Source: Penicillus capitatus
Taxonomy: Eukaryota > Plantae > Chlorophyta
DNA length: 64,000 nucleotides
Direction of reading: 5' to 3'
Assembly (NCBI GenBank): GCA_965649825.1
Contig: OZ287695.1
Coordinates: 310,001 to 374,000, forward strand
Shown: one piece after another, positions 37,890-51,076 of the stretch
How the letters are laid out: every line of letters starts with the position of its first letter
Numbering within the stretch: position 1 is the stretch's first letter
Notes under the pieces: generated by a model
The model's input: the letters and a program-made list of their open reading frames with translations, nothing else
Database searches by the model: none
What the model was told of the DNA's origin: nothing
Made by a program: the position numbers and the translations under genes

Positions 37890-39030
37890 TTATCGCCTTG
37901 ATTTGCATTCAGACTCTGGAAATGCTATCGTCTCTTTACCTTTAGGCAGAATCGAATCGTTGGATATCTTCATCGCATTGTTCAACAGCATCAGATGAAG
38001 TGACGTCTGTCCGTTGTTAACGGGAATATTCGGATCAGCGGTTGAAGAGAGCCTGCAGTCGTACAAGACGTTGTGATCGGATTTCTGAAGATTTCGAATC
38101 ACTGTCAGCGATGTGACGTGACGTTATTCGCTGCTGACATGTAAACAGAAGTCCGTCCTTCAGCGTCGACACGATTCGCATCGGCGCCTTTGTTTACAGC
38201 AACTTGGAAAGAGAATCGATATCAAGATCAAGAACCGGAATGCGAATGCGCAGCGCCGCGGCGCAAACACAATACCCCTATGCTGATATCGCCTCACGGA
38301 CGCTGGCCCAAAACACCAGCGATGTTTCGTCAGCAAGGCCACCCGTCGTCAACTCAGCTTTGCTGAGAAGAGAATCGGCGCCCAGACCGTTTCGAAGAAC
38401 CTCGTCAACTGTACCAGGTTTGTCACCTTTGATAGCCGCTATGATTGCCTAATGTCAAATGACATATTTGTAGGATTAAGAGAGTGGTACTGGCTCACGA
38501 TGCAGCCTGCAGTTGAAGTCAGAAGAGCAAAAGAAGAAACTACTGGGATCTGGGAATCGACAGGCGGTGGAGACTCGGTGGCAGAAGACTCTGGAGTCTG
38601 GGACTAGACTGACGATGACGTCACTGGCGCTTCCTCCTCTTTAGGACACCTCTACAGAAAAGAGTGAGTGACACATGTAAGGATTCAGTATTCGAAACAG
38701 AATCCTGGCAGTCTGATGAGTTATAATCCAGGATGGAAATGTGTGATAACATACAGCAGAGGATTTACCTCGTATTCTTCGAAGAGATATGGATCTGAAC
38801 GGAGGGGTGGGCGCGCCTTCACCTTGCACGCGTTTGGCCGAGTGTTACTAACCATCTTCTCCAGAATTCAGTCCTGCAGTGCCAGACGCTGGTATGAACA
38901 CTACACTCTCTGTAATGAGGACGACAGGGATCGTAAAATGTGACGCTGAGCGTTAGATCTTCGCTGGGATATCCTCTGCCAGCGTCACATGTCCCATCTG
39001 CCACAACAAGCGGTCCTTCATCCAGACCTC
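37890..39030 (-). pseudogene. Relic of a trypsin-ankyrin fusion gene (5' truncated)
   Basis: Exon from ~39027 GLDEGPLVVAD...DLTLSVTFY aligns to GDSGGPLILAD...DMIVGITSY. Exon from 38448 AIIAAIKGD...LRNGLGAD aligns to the ANK N-cap exon and has an in-frame TAG at 38280-38278. It is followed by NKGADANRVDAEGRTSVY and ADPNIPVNNGQTSLHL. Confidence 0.6.
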
Positions 39031-39723
39031 GAAGCACAGAAGAAGAGGTCTGGCTAAGGTGTTCTGATCTCTTAACTGCCTTCTGCTCAGACTCGAAGAC
39101 GGCGGCGTTAGGCAGAGCCCTGGTGTTCCTATCACTTTTCGCTTTCATCTCTATGTCAGTGAAAAGATGAAGTGGACGGGGTTTGCCTGAGCTTGCATGC
39201 TACCTGCTGGTGCAATATCTTTATCAAACATCGGAGAGATGACGGTGTTTTCCATGTCTCCATCGACAGTCCACATACATCTACGAGATTGCCTCAGAGA
39301 CTCGACAGGAGGTCGTTGAAGGTCTGGCTGGTATCATGTCAGTCACTGCTTACCTGAAGTTGCGTGCAGGATGATGAACGACTTGAATGGGTATCTGAAC
39401 AACAACTGCGTTTCTGTCCGGCTCTCCGTTACAGAGAATGAGGAACTGAGCAAGTCATCTTCGTGGTCAGAATGATTGCACTGTGATGCAGCAGCAAGTT
39501 CTCTCTTCTGGCAATCTGAGAGCTGTAACCAGGAATGGAGTTGATCTCAGACAGGGTCATTCTGTCAAATCAATCACCGTCAATTGTATTTGACGTCAAT
39601 CAGAACATCCGAACCATCTTCTCGACTGCGAACTTTTCTGCGAACTTTGTGAAGCGGCAAGCAGTTCTGCCAGTTCCGTCGAACCAGAAACGAAGACGTT
39701 CGTTGTGCGCGCTATTTCCCAAC

Positions 39724-42700
39724 ATGCAAACACGAGCCCCAGACGAAGGACCCAGTAGTGGAGGACATTCTGCATCGGCAGTTAACGAAGGCGGTCAGTC
39801 CGCTGCGCCGAATGCGGCTGTCGAAGAACGCCTCGACCCAAAGGCCCTGCGTGCTATCGCGAAGAAGTACGCCATCGACAGCACGAAATCGCTCGTCGCG
39901 GCCTACAACGCGGCGACGGGCGACGAGCGTGCCGTCCTCCTCGGATGGATAAACAAATACGACGAACGAAGCGACGAGTGCCTCAAGCCGAAGACTGTCC
40001 TCGAATACGCAGAGTTGGCCAACGTTGCATCCCACTCCGCGAATGACGACGACATTCTGAAAAGCATGATGCATGCCCTCTGTTCCCGTATCTGCCAAGG
40101 GAACTTCCACAAACCGAACTTCGCCGTTGCCCTCTGCAGAGCACTCAAACTGGCGAATCCTTCGGCGTGGGGCGGAGTTGGGCAGCTAGTATTCGTGGCA
40201 ACGAAGCTCTTGAGCAGCCTCTCTCCACAGCCGAAAATTACAAGAAAGAACTTCGCTGCGTGTGAGGCGACGTTCCTTGCGCTTCAGCAAGCTTTTTTCC
40301 TGCTTCACGAAATCAATCATAAAGACATTGTCGAAAAGGAGAAAAACGAACTTCGACGTTCGATTGAAGAGAAAGAGAGAGCGATGGAGCTCTCTTGCAG
40401 TTACTACCCGGTCAGCTTCCACTTCAAGACCCTTCGGCAGGCAGTGGAACGCCTCGAAACCAAAGATGCTCCTTCGGATCTTGAACGCGCAGCGCAACAA
40501 ATCGGCTGCGGATTGTGCGGATTTCTGTATGTTTTTCACTGCGTCAGAAACCTGGCGAGATGTGACATCAATCCCGCGGCTATTCAGGATGCGTACGCAA
40601 AGATTCAAACTGCCATCGCGAACATGGGAGTGTCAAAGAGACCGTGGTTCGACACGTTCAAGAATCTGATGACAGCAAGACAAGAAGCATCGGAAGACGA
40701 AACGAAGCTTGGACTTTTTGAAACCAACCTCAGTGCCGCAATGGAGCACCAAGAAAAAACGAAAGATAAAGAAGACCTGAAGGCTTTGAGATACGGCATT
40801 GTGCGTGAGCTGGGCACACTCGCACTTGAAGGTCTGTCGGAAAAGGCCCGAGACGCAGCCACGGCGAAGCTGGTTGATCTAGTAAGCCAGCAGGCTGTCA
40901 ACGAAGGGTGGGTTGACGATAGCGATATCCTAATCGCACTCCTTGATGTCATGCATGAGCTGCATGGAGCCGGTCGATGCAACGAAGACATCAAGAACGC
41001 GTTGCTAGACATACAACGATCTTACAAAGGTCCTGCCCAAAGAGCCTTAGCGGAATGGTTGGGTGGAAGTAGCATAGAAGTCAAGCTCGCAGCTCGATCC
41101 CCGCAAAAGCCGATAGTGGAACACAAGGATTTGTGCATCGACGTCGGCAGAGACGTGGGATACATTCCTCTTGCTATCATGAACTCGAAGGGAGAAGAGT
41201 TAAAGAAAAGATACCTGCACGACGATTTCGCAACGGTACTACCACAAAAAACACATTTAAGTCATAGTAGTGCCGTGTTATGTAGGTGAGTTCTTTGTTT
41301 GGCGAAAAAAGATCTTCAAAACATGTCAAGGATATGAAGCATCACGTAGTCATATCTGAAGAAATCACTGAAGAAAGAAAAAACAAATCAAACGAAGGAA
41401 CAAAAGAAGTCATCCAAGGAGAGGAAGACACGTACAGAAAGTCCTCAAATCATAGAACGGATCAAGCGAAAGAACACTACGAGAAGAAGAGAAGAGTCGC
41501 GAAACCCATTGGTCTGGACGATCTGTTCAAGCGACGATCTCTCAAACCCGGAGATCCGGAAAGCGAAGTTCGAAGAGTGCTTCTCTACGGAAATCCCGGC
41601 TCCGGTAAGACGTGCATCACCAAAGTCTTCGCGCACAAATGGGCTCTGGGAGAAATGGCTCAAGAGTTCGAGACCGTTTACGTTGTCCCGGTTCGAGTCT
41701 TGAACGGTACCGATTCCAAGCGGCATCAGTGGACAAGTCTTGAAGAAGCGATATCGCGAATATGCTTTTCCAAGAGAAAACGCGCTCTCAAGTACGAAGA
41801 CCTGGTCCTTCAGATAGAGGATGCACTCGATGATCATTCTACGTTGCTCGTGGTCGATGGATTGGACGAAGCGAATGACAACGCCAGGGAGCTCGTATCC
41901 ACCACGTGGGAGCGTTCGTGCAAAATACTGTTTCTCTCTCGTCCGTACAATATGAGAAACGTGGAAACGCGTGTCGACATTCAAGTCGAGTGCCTCGGAT
42001 TCGACGACGAGCAACTGCGAGACTACATAAGGAGCGAACTGTCCAAGGACGAGGCGTCGAGACTTATACGCTCTCTCGAGAAAACCACCGCCATGTGGGA
42101 GATGGCACACATTCCGGCGACGGCACACATTATCTGTTGCCTGTCAAAGGAACACGGTACCTCGGTCGAGGAAGAGAAGAAGAGAGCGAGCACGTTTCAA
42201 ATATACAACGACATGGCGAACTACGTCTGGAAAAGGTTCGAGGAGAAGCAAGCGGCAAGGAACGTACAGAAAGTGGAAATCTTCAAGGATCTGGAAAAGA
42301 TAGCCTTTGAATCGCTTCGGAATGGTCAAATTCTCATCCAGGAGAGATTTGTCATGCAAAACGCAACGTCGAAGAAAGCGGCTCGGACATTCAAGGAGAG
42401 TGGACTCCTCCTGCTCGTGTTGGAGGGCCAAGAATATCAGTTTCCTCATTTGACCTTCCAAGAGTATTTCGCCGGAAGATACATCGCGAGAATCTTGAAG
42501 CAAAGTAGATCGGATGAGAAGACGAGGGTTCTTGATCTTATTCGCAAGGGGAAGTATGATGAGAAGCATAAACTCACGCTGACCTTCGCAATGCATGCAT
42601 TCGCAGAAAGGCGAAGCAAGCAAGCGTTGGAAGAGATGCTTTCGATAATGGATGAACAACCAGTCGAGGTTCTCGGGATACAACACCTTATTCTGAAAAT

Positions 42701-45700
42701 GCGAGTTCTCGAGGCAATCCTCGAAGAGACGGACGAAGAAGACTTGGAAGATGTTCTGGACGACGAACGCGCAATTAAACTCGTCGAGAGTGCTCGCCAT
42801 CTGCTCGAGTGCACAGTGGACGATATTTTAATCCGTGAAATACTAGTGAAGGAGTTTCGACAATTGTCTCGCGTGTTAGAGAAATTTCCTCAAATTCTTG
42901 ATGATACAGTCAATAAAGTAAAGAAGCTGCTCGCATACTCGAAGAAATTGACATGGATGGAAATGACAAAAACTACGGAAGCCTTGATGTTTGCAAGACA
43001 CTCTTCAAAGCACAGCAGTGAAATACAAAAGTTCCTCGTTCAAAAAATAAGAGAGCCAGAGGGTTGGTGCAGTATGAGGGAGTGCATAAGAAGATTAAGT
43101 TTTATCGCAGAACAAATGCCTCAACTAGTGGTCGACCATCTTACGACGCTGGCGAGGGCGTACGCCGACGGCGACGAAGACGTGCGTCAGGCGGCGATAG
43201 AGGCCATCGACCGCGTCGTCGCGGCAACGCCGCAGCACGCTGGGAAGCATTTTTTGATGCTGTCGAGAATGTGTGTCTACAATGACTGGCGCGTGCGTCG
43301 GGCGGCGTTCAAGGCCATCGATCGCGCCGTCGCGGCGGCGACAAGTCCCGCCGTCCAGTATCTGTCAACGCTGGCAAGGGGGTGCGCCGACGAAGACGAA
43401 GACGTGCGAAGTGTGGCTATGAAAGCCATTAGCCGTGTCGTCGCGGCAGCGCCGCAGAACGCCGGCCAGCATCTCTCGTCGCTGGCGATGGGAGGCTCCG
43501 ATAAGGACTGGCGAGTGCGTCGGGCGGCTTTGGAAGTCATCGGCCGCGTGATTGTGGAGGAGCCGCTGCACGCGGGCAAGCATCTGGTGACGCTGGTAAG
43601 TGCGTGCGCCGACGGCGACTGGCAAGTGCGTCGTGCGTCTTTGGATGTCATCGGCCGCGTCGTCACGGTAACGCCGCTTCACGTTGTCGAGCATCTGGCG
43701 ACGTTGGAGAGAGCGTGCGCCGACGGCGACGTAAATGTGCGTCAGGCGGCTTTGGAGGCCATCCGCCGCGTTGTTGCGGCGGCGCCGCAGCACGCTGGCA
43801 AGCATCTTTCGTCGCTAGCGAGGGGAGGCGCCGACGAAGACTGGCGCGTCCGTCAGTTGGCGATGGAGGCCATAGGAGGCGTCGTCGCGGCGGAGCCCAA
43901 GTACGCTGCCGAGCATCTCTCGACGCTGACGAGGGGAAGCGTCGACGAAGTCTGGCCCGTCCGGTTGGCGGCGTTGGAAGCCATCGGCCGCGTGGTTGTG
44001 GAGGAGCCGCTGCACGTGTGCGAACATCTGGCGACGCTGGCGAGGGGGTGCACGGACGAAGACTGGCACGTGCGACAGGCAGCGTTGGAGGCCATCGGCC
44101 GCGTGGTTACGAAGGAGCCGCTGCACGCGGGCGAACATCTGGCGACGCTGGCGAGTGGGTGCGCAGAGGAAGACTGGCGCGTTCGTCGTGCGTCGTTGGA
44201 GGTCATCGGCCGAGTCATTGCGGCTGCGCCACAGCACGCCGGCGAACATCTGTCGACGCTGGCGAGGGGGTGTGCCGACGAAGATAGGCGCGTGTGTCGT
44301 GTATCGTTAGAAGCTATTGACGGCGTCGTTGCGAAGGAGCCGCGGTACGCGGGCAAGCACCTTTCGACGCTGGCGCGTGGGTGCGACGACGAGGACTGGC
44401 GCGTGCGTCGTGTATCAGTGGAAATCATCGGCCGCGTTGTTGCAGCGATGCCGGAGCACGTGTGCGAACATCTGGCGACGCTGGCGAGGGGGTGCACGGA
44501 CGAAGACTGGCACGTGCGACAGGCAGCGTTGGAGGCCATCGACTGCGTGGTTACGAAGGAGCCGCGACACGGCGGCGAGCATCTTTTGATGCTGTCGAGA
44601 GCGTGTGTCGACAAAGACTGCCGCGTGCGTCGGGCGGCTTTGGAAGTTATCGGCCACATCGTCACAGCGGCGCCTCAGAATGCCGGCGAGCATCTGGCGA
44701 CGCTGGCGAGAGCGTGTGTCGACGAAAACAGGCGCGTCCGTCGGGCGGCGTTCGATACCATTGACCTCGCCGTCGCGGCGGCGACAAGTCCCGCCGTCCA
44801 GTATCTGTCAACGCTGGCAAGGGGGTGCGCCGACGAAGACGAAGACGTGCGAAGTGTGGCTATGAAAGCCATTGGCCGTGTCGTTGCGGCAGCGCCGCAG
44901 AACGCCGGCCAGCATCTCTCGTCGCTGGCGAAGGGAGGTGCCGACAAAAACTGGCGCGTGCGTCGTGCGTCGTTGGCGGTCATCGGCCGCGTCGTTGCGG
45001 CGACGCCGCAGCACGCTGGCAAGCATCTTTCGTCGCTGGCGAGGGGAGGCGCCGACGAAGACTGGCGCGTGCGTCGGGCGGCTTTGGATGCCATCGGCCG
45101 CGTTGTTGTGGCAGCGCCACAAAACGCCGGCGAGTATCTGTTGGCGCTGGTAAGGGGGTGCACCGACGACGAGGTAGACGTGCGTCAGGCGGCTCTGGAG
45201 GCCATCGGCTGCGTCATCGCGGCGGCGCCCGAGCACGCTGGCAAGCATTTTTCGTCGCTGGCGAGGGGAGGCGCCGACGAAGACTGGCGCGTGCGTCGGG
45301 CGGCTTTGGAGGCCATCGGCCGTGTCGTTATGGCGGCGCCTCAGCACGCCGGCAAGCTTCTGTTGACGCTGGCGAGGGGGTGTGCCGACGAAGACTGGCG
45401 CGTGCGTCGTGCGGCTATAAAGGCTACCAGCCGCATCGTTACGGCGGCGCCTCAGCACGCCGGCAAGCATCTGTTGACGCTGGCGAGGGGGTGTGCCGAC
45501 GAAGACTGGCGCGTGCGTCGTGCGGCTATAAAGGCTACCAGCCGCATCGTTACGGCGGCGCCTCAGCACGCCGGCAAGCATCTTTCGTCGCTGACGAGGG
45601 GGTGTGCCGACGAAAACGAAGTCGTGCGTCAGGTGGCAATGAAGGCTTTCGCCCGCGTTGTTGCTGTGGCGCCGCAGTACGTCCGCATGATTATGTCGCC

Positions 45701-46247
45701 GTTGACAAAGGGGTGTGTCGACGAAAACGAAGTCGTGCGTCGGGAGGCGATGAAGGCTATCGACCGCGTCGTAGCGGATACGCCGCAGCTCGCCGGCGAG
45801 CTGCTACCGTCCCTGGCGACGGGGTGCGGCTACGAAGACGTGCGTCGGGAGGCGATAGAGGTTATCGACCGCGTTGTCGCGGCGGCACATTGGCACGCTT
45901 GCGAGTTTCTGTCGACGCTAGCGAAAGGGTGCGCCGACGAAGATGAAGACGTTCGTGACGCTGCAAGAACTTCATTAAAAAACGTAAAACTAAAAGAAAC
46001 TATCTCTTCAGCAATATCGTTTCCGTCCGCTAATAAGGGAGGGTTATTATTATTCTTCGTGCAAAACGCATTCACATTAGGTCCTCTTACGAAATTTAAA
46101 CCAGTCCCTCTTTTGTTGCATACATCCTTTTCACAAGAGATTGGAAAATGGAAGAAGGAAGCGATTGATGTGTTCGTTGGGTATTTGAGACAAGAATGCG
46201 ATGAGGAGTTTCCCGGACTTCTAGAGAACATTTGCATCGGAGAATAG
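39724..46247 (+). CDS. NLR-like STAND protein 2: unknown N-terminal domain + NACHT + ~26 HEAT repeats (~2157 aa, exons 39724-41235, 41286-46247)
   Basis: GNPGSGKT (41589-41612), LLVVDGLDE, FPHLTFQEYFAG; phase-0 intron 41236-41285 at the same position as in paralog 1. An in-frame upstream ATG at 39535 is also possible. Confidence 0.9.
43140..45985 (+). repeat. 111-bp (37-aa) HEAT repeat array, 25 full + 1 partial unit
   Basis: Counted in ORF 41286..46247; units at 45360-45470 and 45471-45581 are nucleotide-identical. Confidence 0.92.
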
Positions 46248-48569
46248 GTTAAAAAAGCATGCTTTTTATTCGGTAATTTGTGTCTACTGGAGAACACTAT
46301 TCTACGTCGCTTTTGAATCACTCTGATAAAGTCTTCTGTTACGGAAGCATTATTCTCTTTGTTATCCGTGCAAAGGTTCTAAAAAAGATAACGCATCTAT
46401 TCTACGCGTCTGTTTTTCTATATTGTCAAGCTGAAGTGGACGGTTTGTTTGGCGTGTCGTGTCAAGGGCTCGATCAACTTAATCGGCTTATGCATTTGAG
46501 GAACTATTAATTGCCTGTGTGAGGATGGTGTGTCAAACTTGCAAGAAAGTTTGACTTTGACTATCTGCCATCAAGGGCGAATGTAAATTCGTCGCTGGCT
46601 CTGCGAACCTCGGGCGTCATTTGCTCGTGATAAACGATAATCGACGATTAGAAAAAAAGCAAGCACCAAGTGAAGATCTATTGTTCGTACTATTCTTTCG
46701 TATTCGTTTTCGTCATTTGTCAGCTTAGCACCAACCTTTGATTCTAGGTCTCTGAAGTCCACAGCTGTTGGTATCGTTTGCACCATTGGTACACGCGTTT
46801 ATACCATTCTGCTACAGCGTAACATGACGTGTCTAGTATTCCCGGTTCTCTAGATTGAATTTGCGCGCCATTGTTCGAGTCATGCTTCTCATATTCTGCA
46901 CGATCTAGGGTCCTCGCCGTCTTCGTTCGACACATTGAGAAGTATACTGACGTCATCATGCCTCTCACGATGTCGTCATAGCAGAGGACAACGATTCGTT
47001 GGGGCGCGTATGATTCAGCAGGCGCTGCAAGACAGGAAAGATGACTCAATTTGCGATGCTGTTCGCAGAAGGTAATGTGAACATAAAGCTACCGAGATGT
47101 CTTGGTCTAGATGATTCTAGAGGCAACAGTCGTGTTGTTCAGTTTCGACCAAGTCCGACGGTGAGGTTCTATCATCAAATTCTCAGTTATTAGAATTACC
47201 GTTATGGAGGACACGCTTTTTTGAAACATCACCACATCGGCGATTGTTAGAGTTGTTTCCGTGAACATTGTCAAGAAAGGTTCCATCCACGTTGGGCAGA
47301 TCAGATTTGGAGAACCGCTGAAACATTGAAGCGTCAGATTGGTAAACGGATGGTTGCGTTTTTTTGAATTTCTTTCTGAAGCCTTTTTCGTCTGTCTGCT
47401 TTACGTCGATCTTGACAGATGCAACCGATCCGACTATCACTTGTGTTTCCGAAAACGCGTATTCCAAAGTTGAAAGTGACATGTCCGGCCACAAAAACAC
47501 TTGCCCGTGTCCCAGTCCAAGCGTCGGCGACCAACGCGGACGAATAATTTAATCACGTTCGCAGAACGCTCGCTGCCCTGTTTCATCGACATCATGTACC
47601 GCAAAGATCATTCGCTGTGTTTCCGCAGAAGGGCGTTGACGGCGAACAAGGTAACGAGGAAACAGATGATGCTTACACGACGAAAACTGAGACATTATTC
47701 CACATCTATCCACCTCTCGGCACTGTCAATTCACAGCGCAAAGGTCGTTGGACGATGAACAGCTTGGATCTCATACGGCTCAATCGTTTCGTCCAACTAC
47801 GAGGAGTATCATTGAAGTGGGAGTTTTCCATGGGGTTTCTACAACAGTATATTTCATGGTTTACACTTACGAGGGATATGTAGGTTGAGCATTGCTGTGC
47901 AGCGCATTGATACAACGAGAAAAACTCCGGTAAAAAGTTTGATGCAGCGGAAAACCGAATCGTTTACAATAATCGAATGTTTCAATAGAACCCTCTTTTT
48001 ATATGTCTCCGAGCATGACGTAATGCCTTTCGCTATGATTGCGTCGTGCGGCACGTCACGCTGGCTGCTTGATGTGACTACTCCTTCTTGTCCCTCACCA
48101 TCCCCGTCACAGTATTTGTTTTTTTTTTGCCGAATGCGTGCCGCCCTTTGAGGGCTGCTGCGTCATCTCGTGCAGAGTTCTTACGATTTTAATTTCCAGA
48201 TTCGATCCATCACTCGGTACACCTGTCGACATTCGGATGGCATCGTGCATCGGACTTGGCATCCGATCGTACATCCCATCGTTGTATTTCAATAACGTGC
48301 GTTCACATACTCGCATGGCGAATCAAAGCAAACAGCTTTGTTTTTAGTAAAAAGGCGGCGTCTAAAGTCTTACGACCACGTTGAACATCGCGCTAATTTC
48401 GTCAGGACACTCAATGATCGTAAGTCCACTTCCTCGCCTCTCCAAAAGGGAATGAGTTTTCTGATGTTGCGGAGGCGAAATTGGAAAAGGGAGGGTCTTC
48501 GTTGTCGATGAAAGTGGGGAAATTCGAGTTGTTGAACAGCTTGGATTCGTGGCTATACGATCGTTTTGA

Positions 48570-51076
48570 TCATGAGCGCCAGGAATCCTGAGGAAAAGAG
48601 GTTTCTTGCGAGGCCTTCTCTGCAGTCGTTGATGCGGACAATGTCATGGCGGCAAGAAAGCAATCTAGAAAACGCGTTTTCTTCGGCGGCTTACACCGGT
48701 GTGCATAAAGAAGAGAGATACGATATCTCGCAATCCGTCTCGCGCAACTGCTGTCCGCAAGGCATCGAAGTAGGTCTTCGATTGTAAAAGGTCGTGTGAA
48801 CGTAGCGAGAGTCTGAATGTAACTTTCGACACAAACAACGTCAGTGTGAGGCCCTTTGGCATCGGCGGTCAATTCTGCCGGATCAAGCACCTCCGGCGAC
48901 ACGCACCAAATGCACTACTCTTTGAGAGAGAGGCTTCGCAAGAGAGACGATTTGCCAAACAGAGAGATTTCTTTCTTATTTTCACGATCTTCTGCTTCGC
49001 GGATAGACGGCCGTCTTTGTCTTCTACGCCCAGCACAAACATTATATCCGTCAGACTTCTGACATGGCGTTGTCACGGCCCTGTCGCTCCAACGCGCGAA
49101 AAACGCGCAGAAAACAAGTTAACGACGAAGGCTTATCGTTTACAAAAATTGTCTGTATCGGTATTGTTCGGAATTTATACCATTCCGTAGACAGCTGCGC
49201 GCAGGTGGGCAGCTGTCCATGACAGCGTTGATACGTCAGCTGTCGTCTTGATGTGCATGCTCCAAAGACACGCAAAACAACTCTGCCTTCAAAGTTCGCA
49301 TATCCGGGCAGCTCACAGTTCCTTCACGTCTCGGCCAAACGCGCCGCTCCCTGACTGGGATCCTCGATATGCTTCCCCGGCGTTGCGGCGTCCTGTCTAG
49401 AGCCGCTTCGTTCGAGTCCCTGCGCCTCCAGCGGACTGTCGTCTGTGGCGGGACCGCCTGGGTGCTGCACGCGGCGTTCCTGGCAATTGGACGCTGTCCG
49501 CGTTCGAGGCCACGGCGAACAGTTTCCTCGAGTAAACCTCGCCTCCTCGAGCGTCAGAGGCTCTTCGCCGACCTTGGGGGCGATGTCTTGTCCGCGAGAA
49601 CGCGTTAGCCGTCGGAAGTGGAACTCGTTGAACGCATCGCAGTCCGTCCTCGAGAACGATCTCCCTCGGTTCTGACAACGCATAGCTTTTTTGCCAGAGC
49701 GTGAGGGATCGAGGGGAGACCTGATCGAAGTAGGAAGTTTGCTGCGTCTCCACCTCCTCCTCGCCGGCGCGGCCTTCTGACGCGCACTCGTTGTCGTCGT
49801 CCTCGCTCCCTCTCTCCTCCTCGTGGTGAATCCTCAGGACCTGCGCGAGAACGTCGCCCTTCGGCTTGGCATTTCGCTCTTGCCTGGCTGGTCGGCCGGT
49901 ACGACAGCTCCTTCAGAGACGCCAGGAAACACGCGTAGCACATGAATCTGCCGCCCCTGTCTGCTCGAGCGAGGCCGTCTGGAGACTTCGGCAGAAGAGT
50001 CCGAACCCGACGTGTGCGTCTGGACGAGGTCAAGGAGCGACAGAGCGTCCGTCTGCCGCAGCAGCTTCCGGCACTCTGTCTGGAGCCACGCTTGCATGTC
50101 TTCCTTCGGCACAAGTCCCTCGCCCGTCCTAGACAGCGAGAGTGTCAGTCCGACCCTGGAACGGGAAGGCGGCGACATGTCGGCGCTCTTGCACAGTCTC
50201 CACATGGCGTCCAGTTCGTTGCAGAGAAGTAGAGCACCAGTTGCACTTGCGACGGCATCTTCCGGACACGCTCCGTCGTCGTTCTCGGCGCCATCCCTAC
50301 TGCATCCATCGTCCAATTGATGCGCAGTCGGAGTCCGCGCCTCTGCTGCTCTTCGGGCCGTGTGTCCATCAGCGGTCTGGGGGATGGCGGTGTCGTCTTC
50401 GACGTTCGGGTCCGGACGTCTTCCCTCTGCGTTCGCAGAGGAGGCGCCGGACTCGCGACGGCAGCCTGGTCGAGTCGCTGGCACGGAGGTCTTCTCGCAG
50501 AGTCGCATCGAATCCGAACTCGATCCTTCCGGCCTATTTCTCTTCAGGACGCCGACTTCGGGAAAGGCGACCTGAGGAAGGCGAATACACAGCAGCTTTC
50601 TACTGCAGAAGTGCAAACGTGGACTCGTTTCGCCTGTTCTGAGCAGTGCCCGCACGCTTTGGCGAAGGAGCGGATCTAGAGAAAGGCGCATCGTAAATCT
50701 TATAGTGCCAAACAAATCAGAGTCCTTCAAACGAATCCAGTGTCCGTTCTCGTCGAGCTTGTCGATATGGCGGAGTTGACGAATGTTCATAGCGACTTGT
50801 TGTAACACTAACGAGACGGTTCCCGTCGGCTGCGCTCCAAGCCTGACCGGGCGCGTCGTTTTGGTCGGACGCGTCATCTGGTCATTCTGTTGGAGCCACC
50901 CGCTTGTCCAGTGCGAAGTGCATGAGTGCGACACTGAGGCCGTGGGTATCGCGCTGTTGTTCCGTGTGGCTCGGCCTTCGGATAACGGCGATGAGATCCT
51001 TCTTGCTCATGTTGTCGATGTTTGTTTCCGCGAGGAATTTCCGGATGGATGCGAGTTCTGGCGTCTTCTTCTCCAT
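48570..51076 (-). CDS. Multi-exon hypothetical protein
   Basis: Chain of same-strand ORFs (50882-51076, 49834-50934, ~49320-49750, 48570-48902) with protein-like composition; no family recognised and exon structure unresolved. Confidence 0.4.

Larger units (their letters stand above)
39165..47025 (+). repeat. Copy 2 of the inverted segmental duplication (NLR gene plus flanks)
   Basis: See 1735-8365; homology extends ~550 bp upstream of the ATG and ~750 bp past the stop, read by eye. Confidence 0.7.

Noticed and set aside
43277-45946. Long antisense and alternate-frame ORFs over the HEAT arrays (also 2793-4471)
   Set aside because: Shadow ORFs produced by GC-rich, stop-poor 111-bp repeats.
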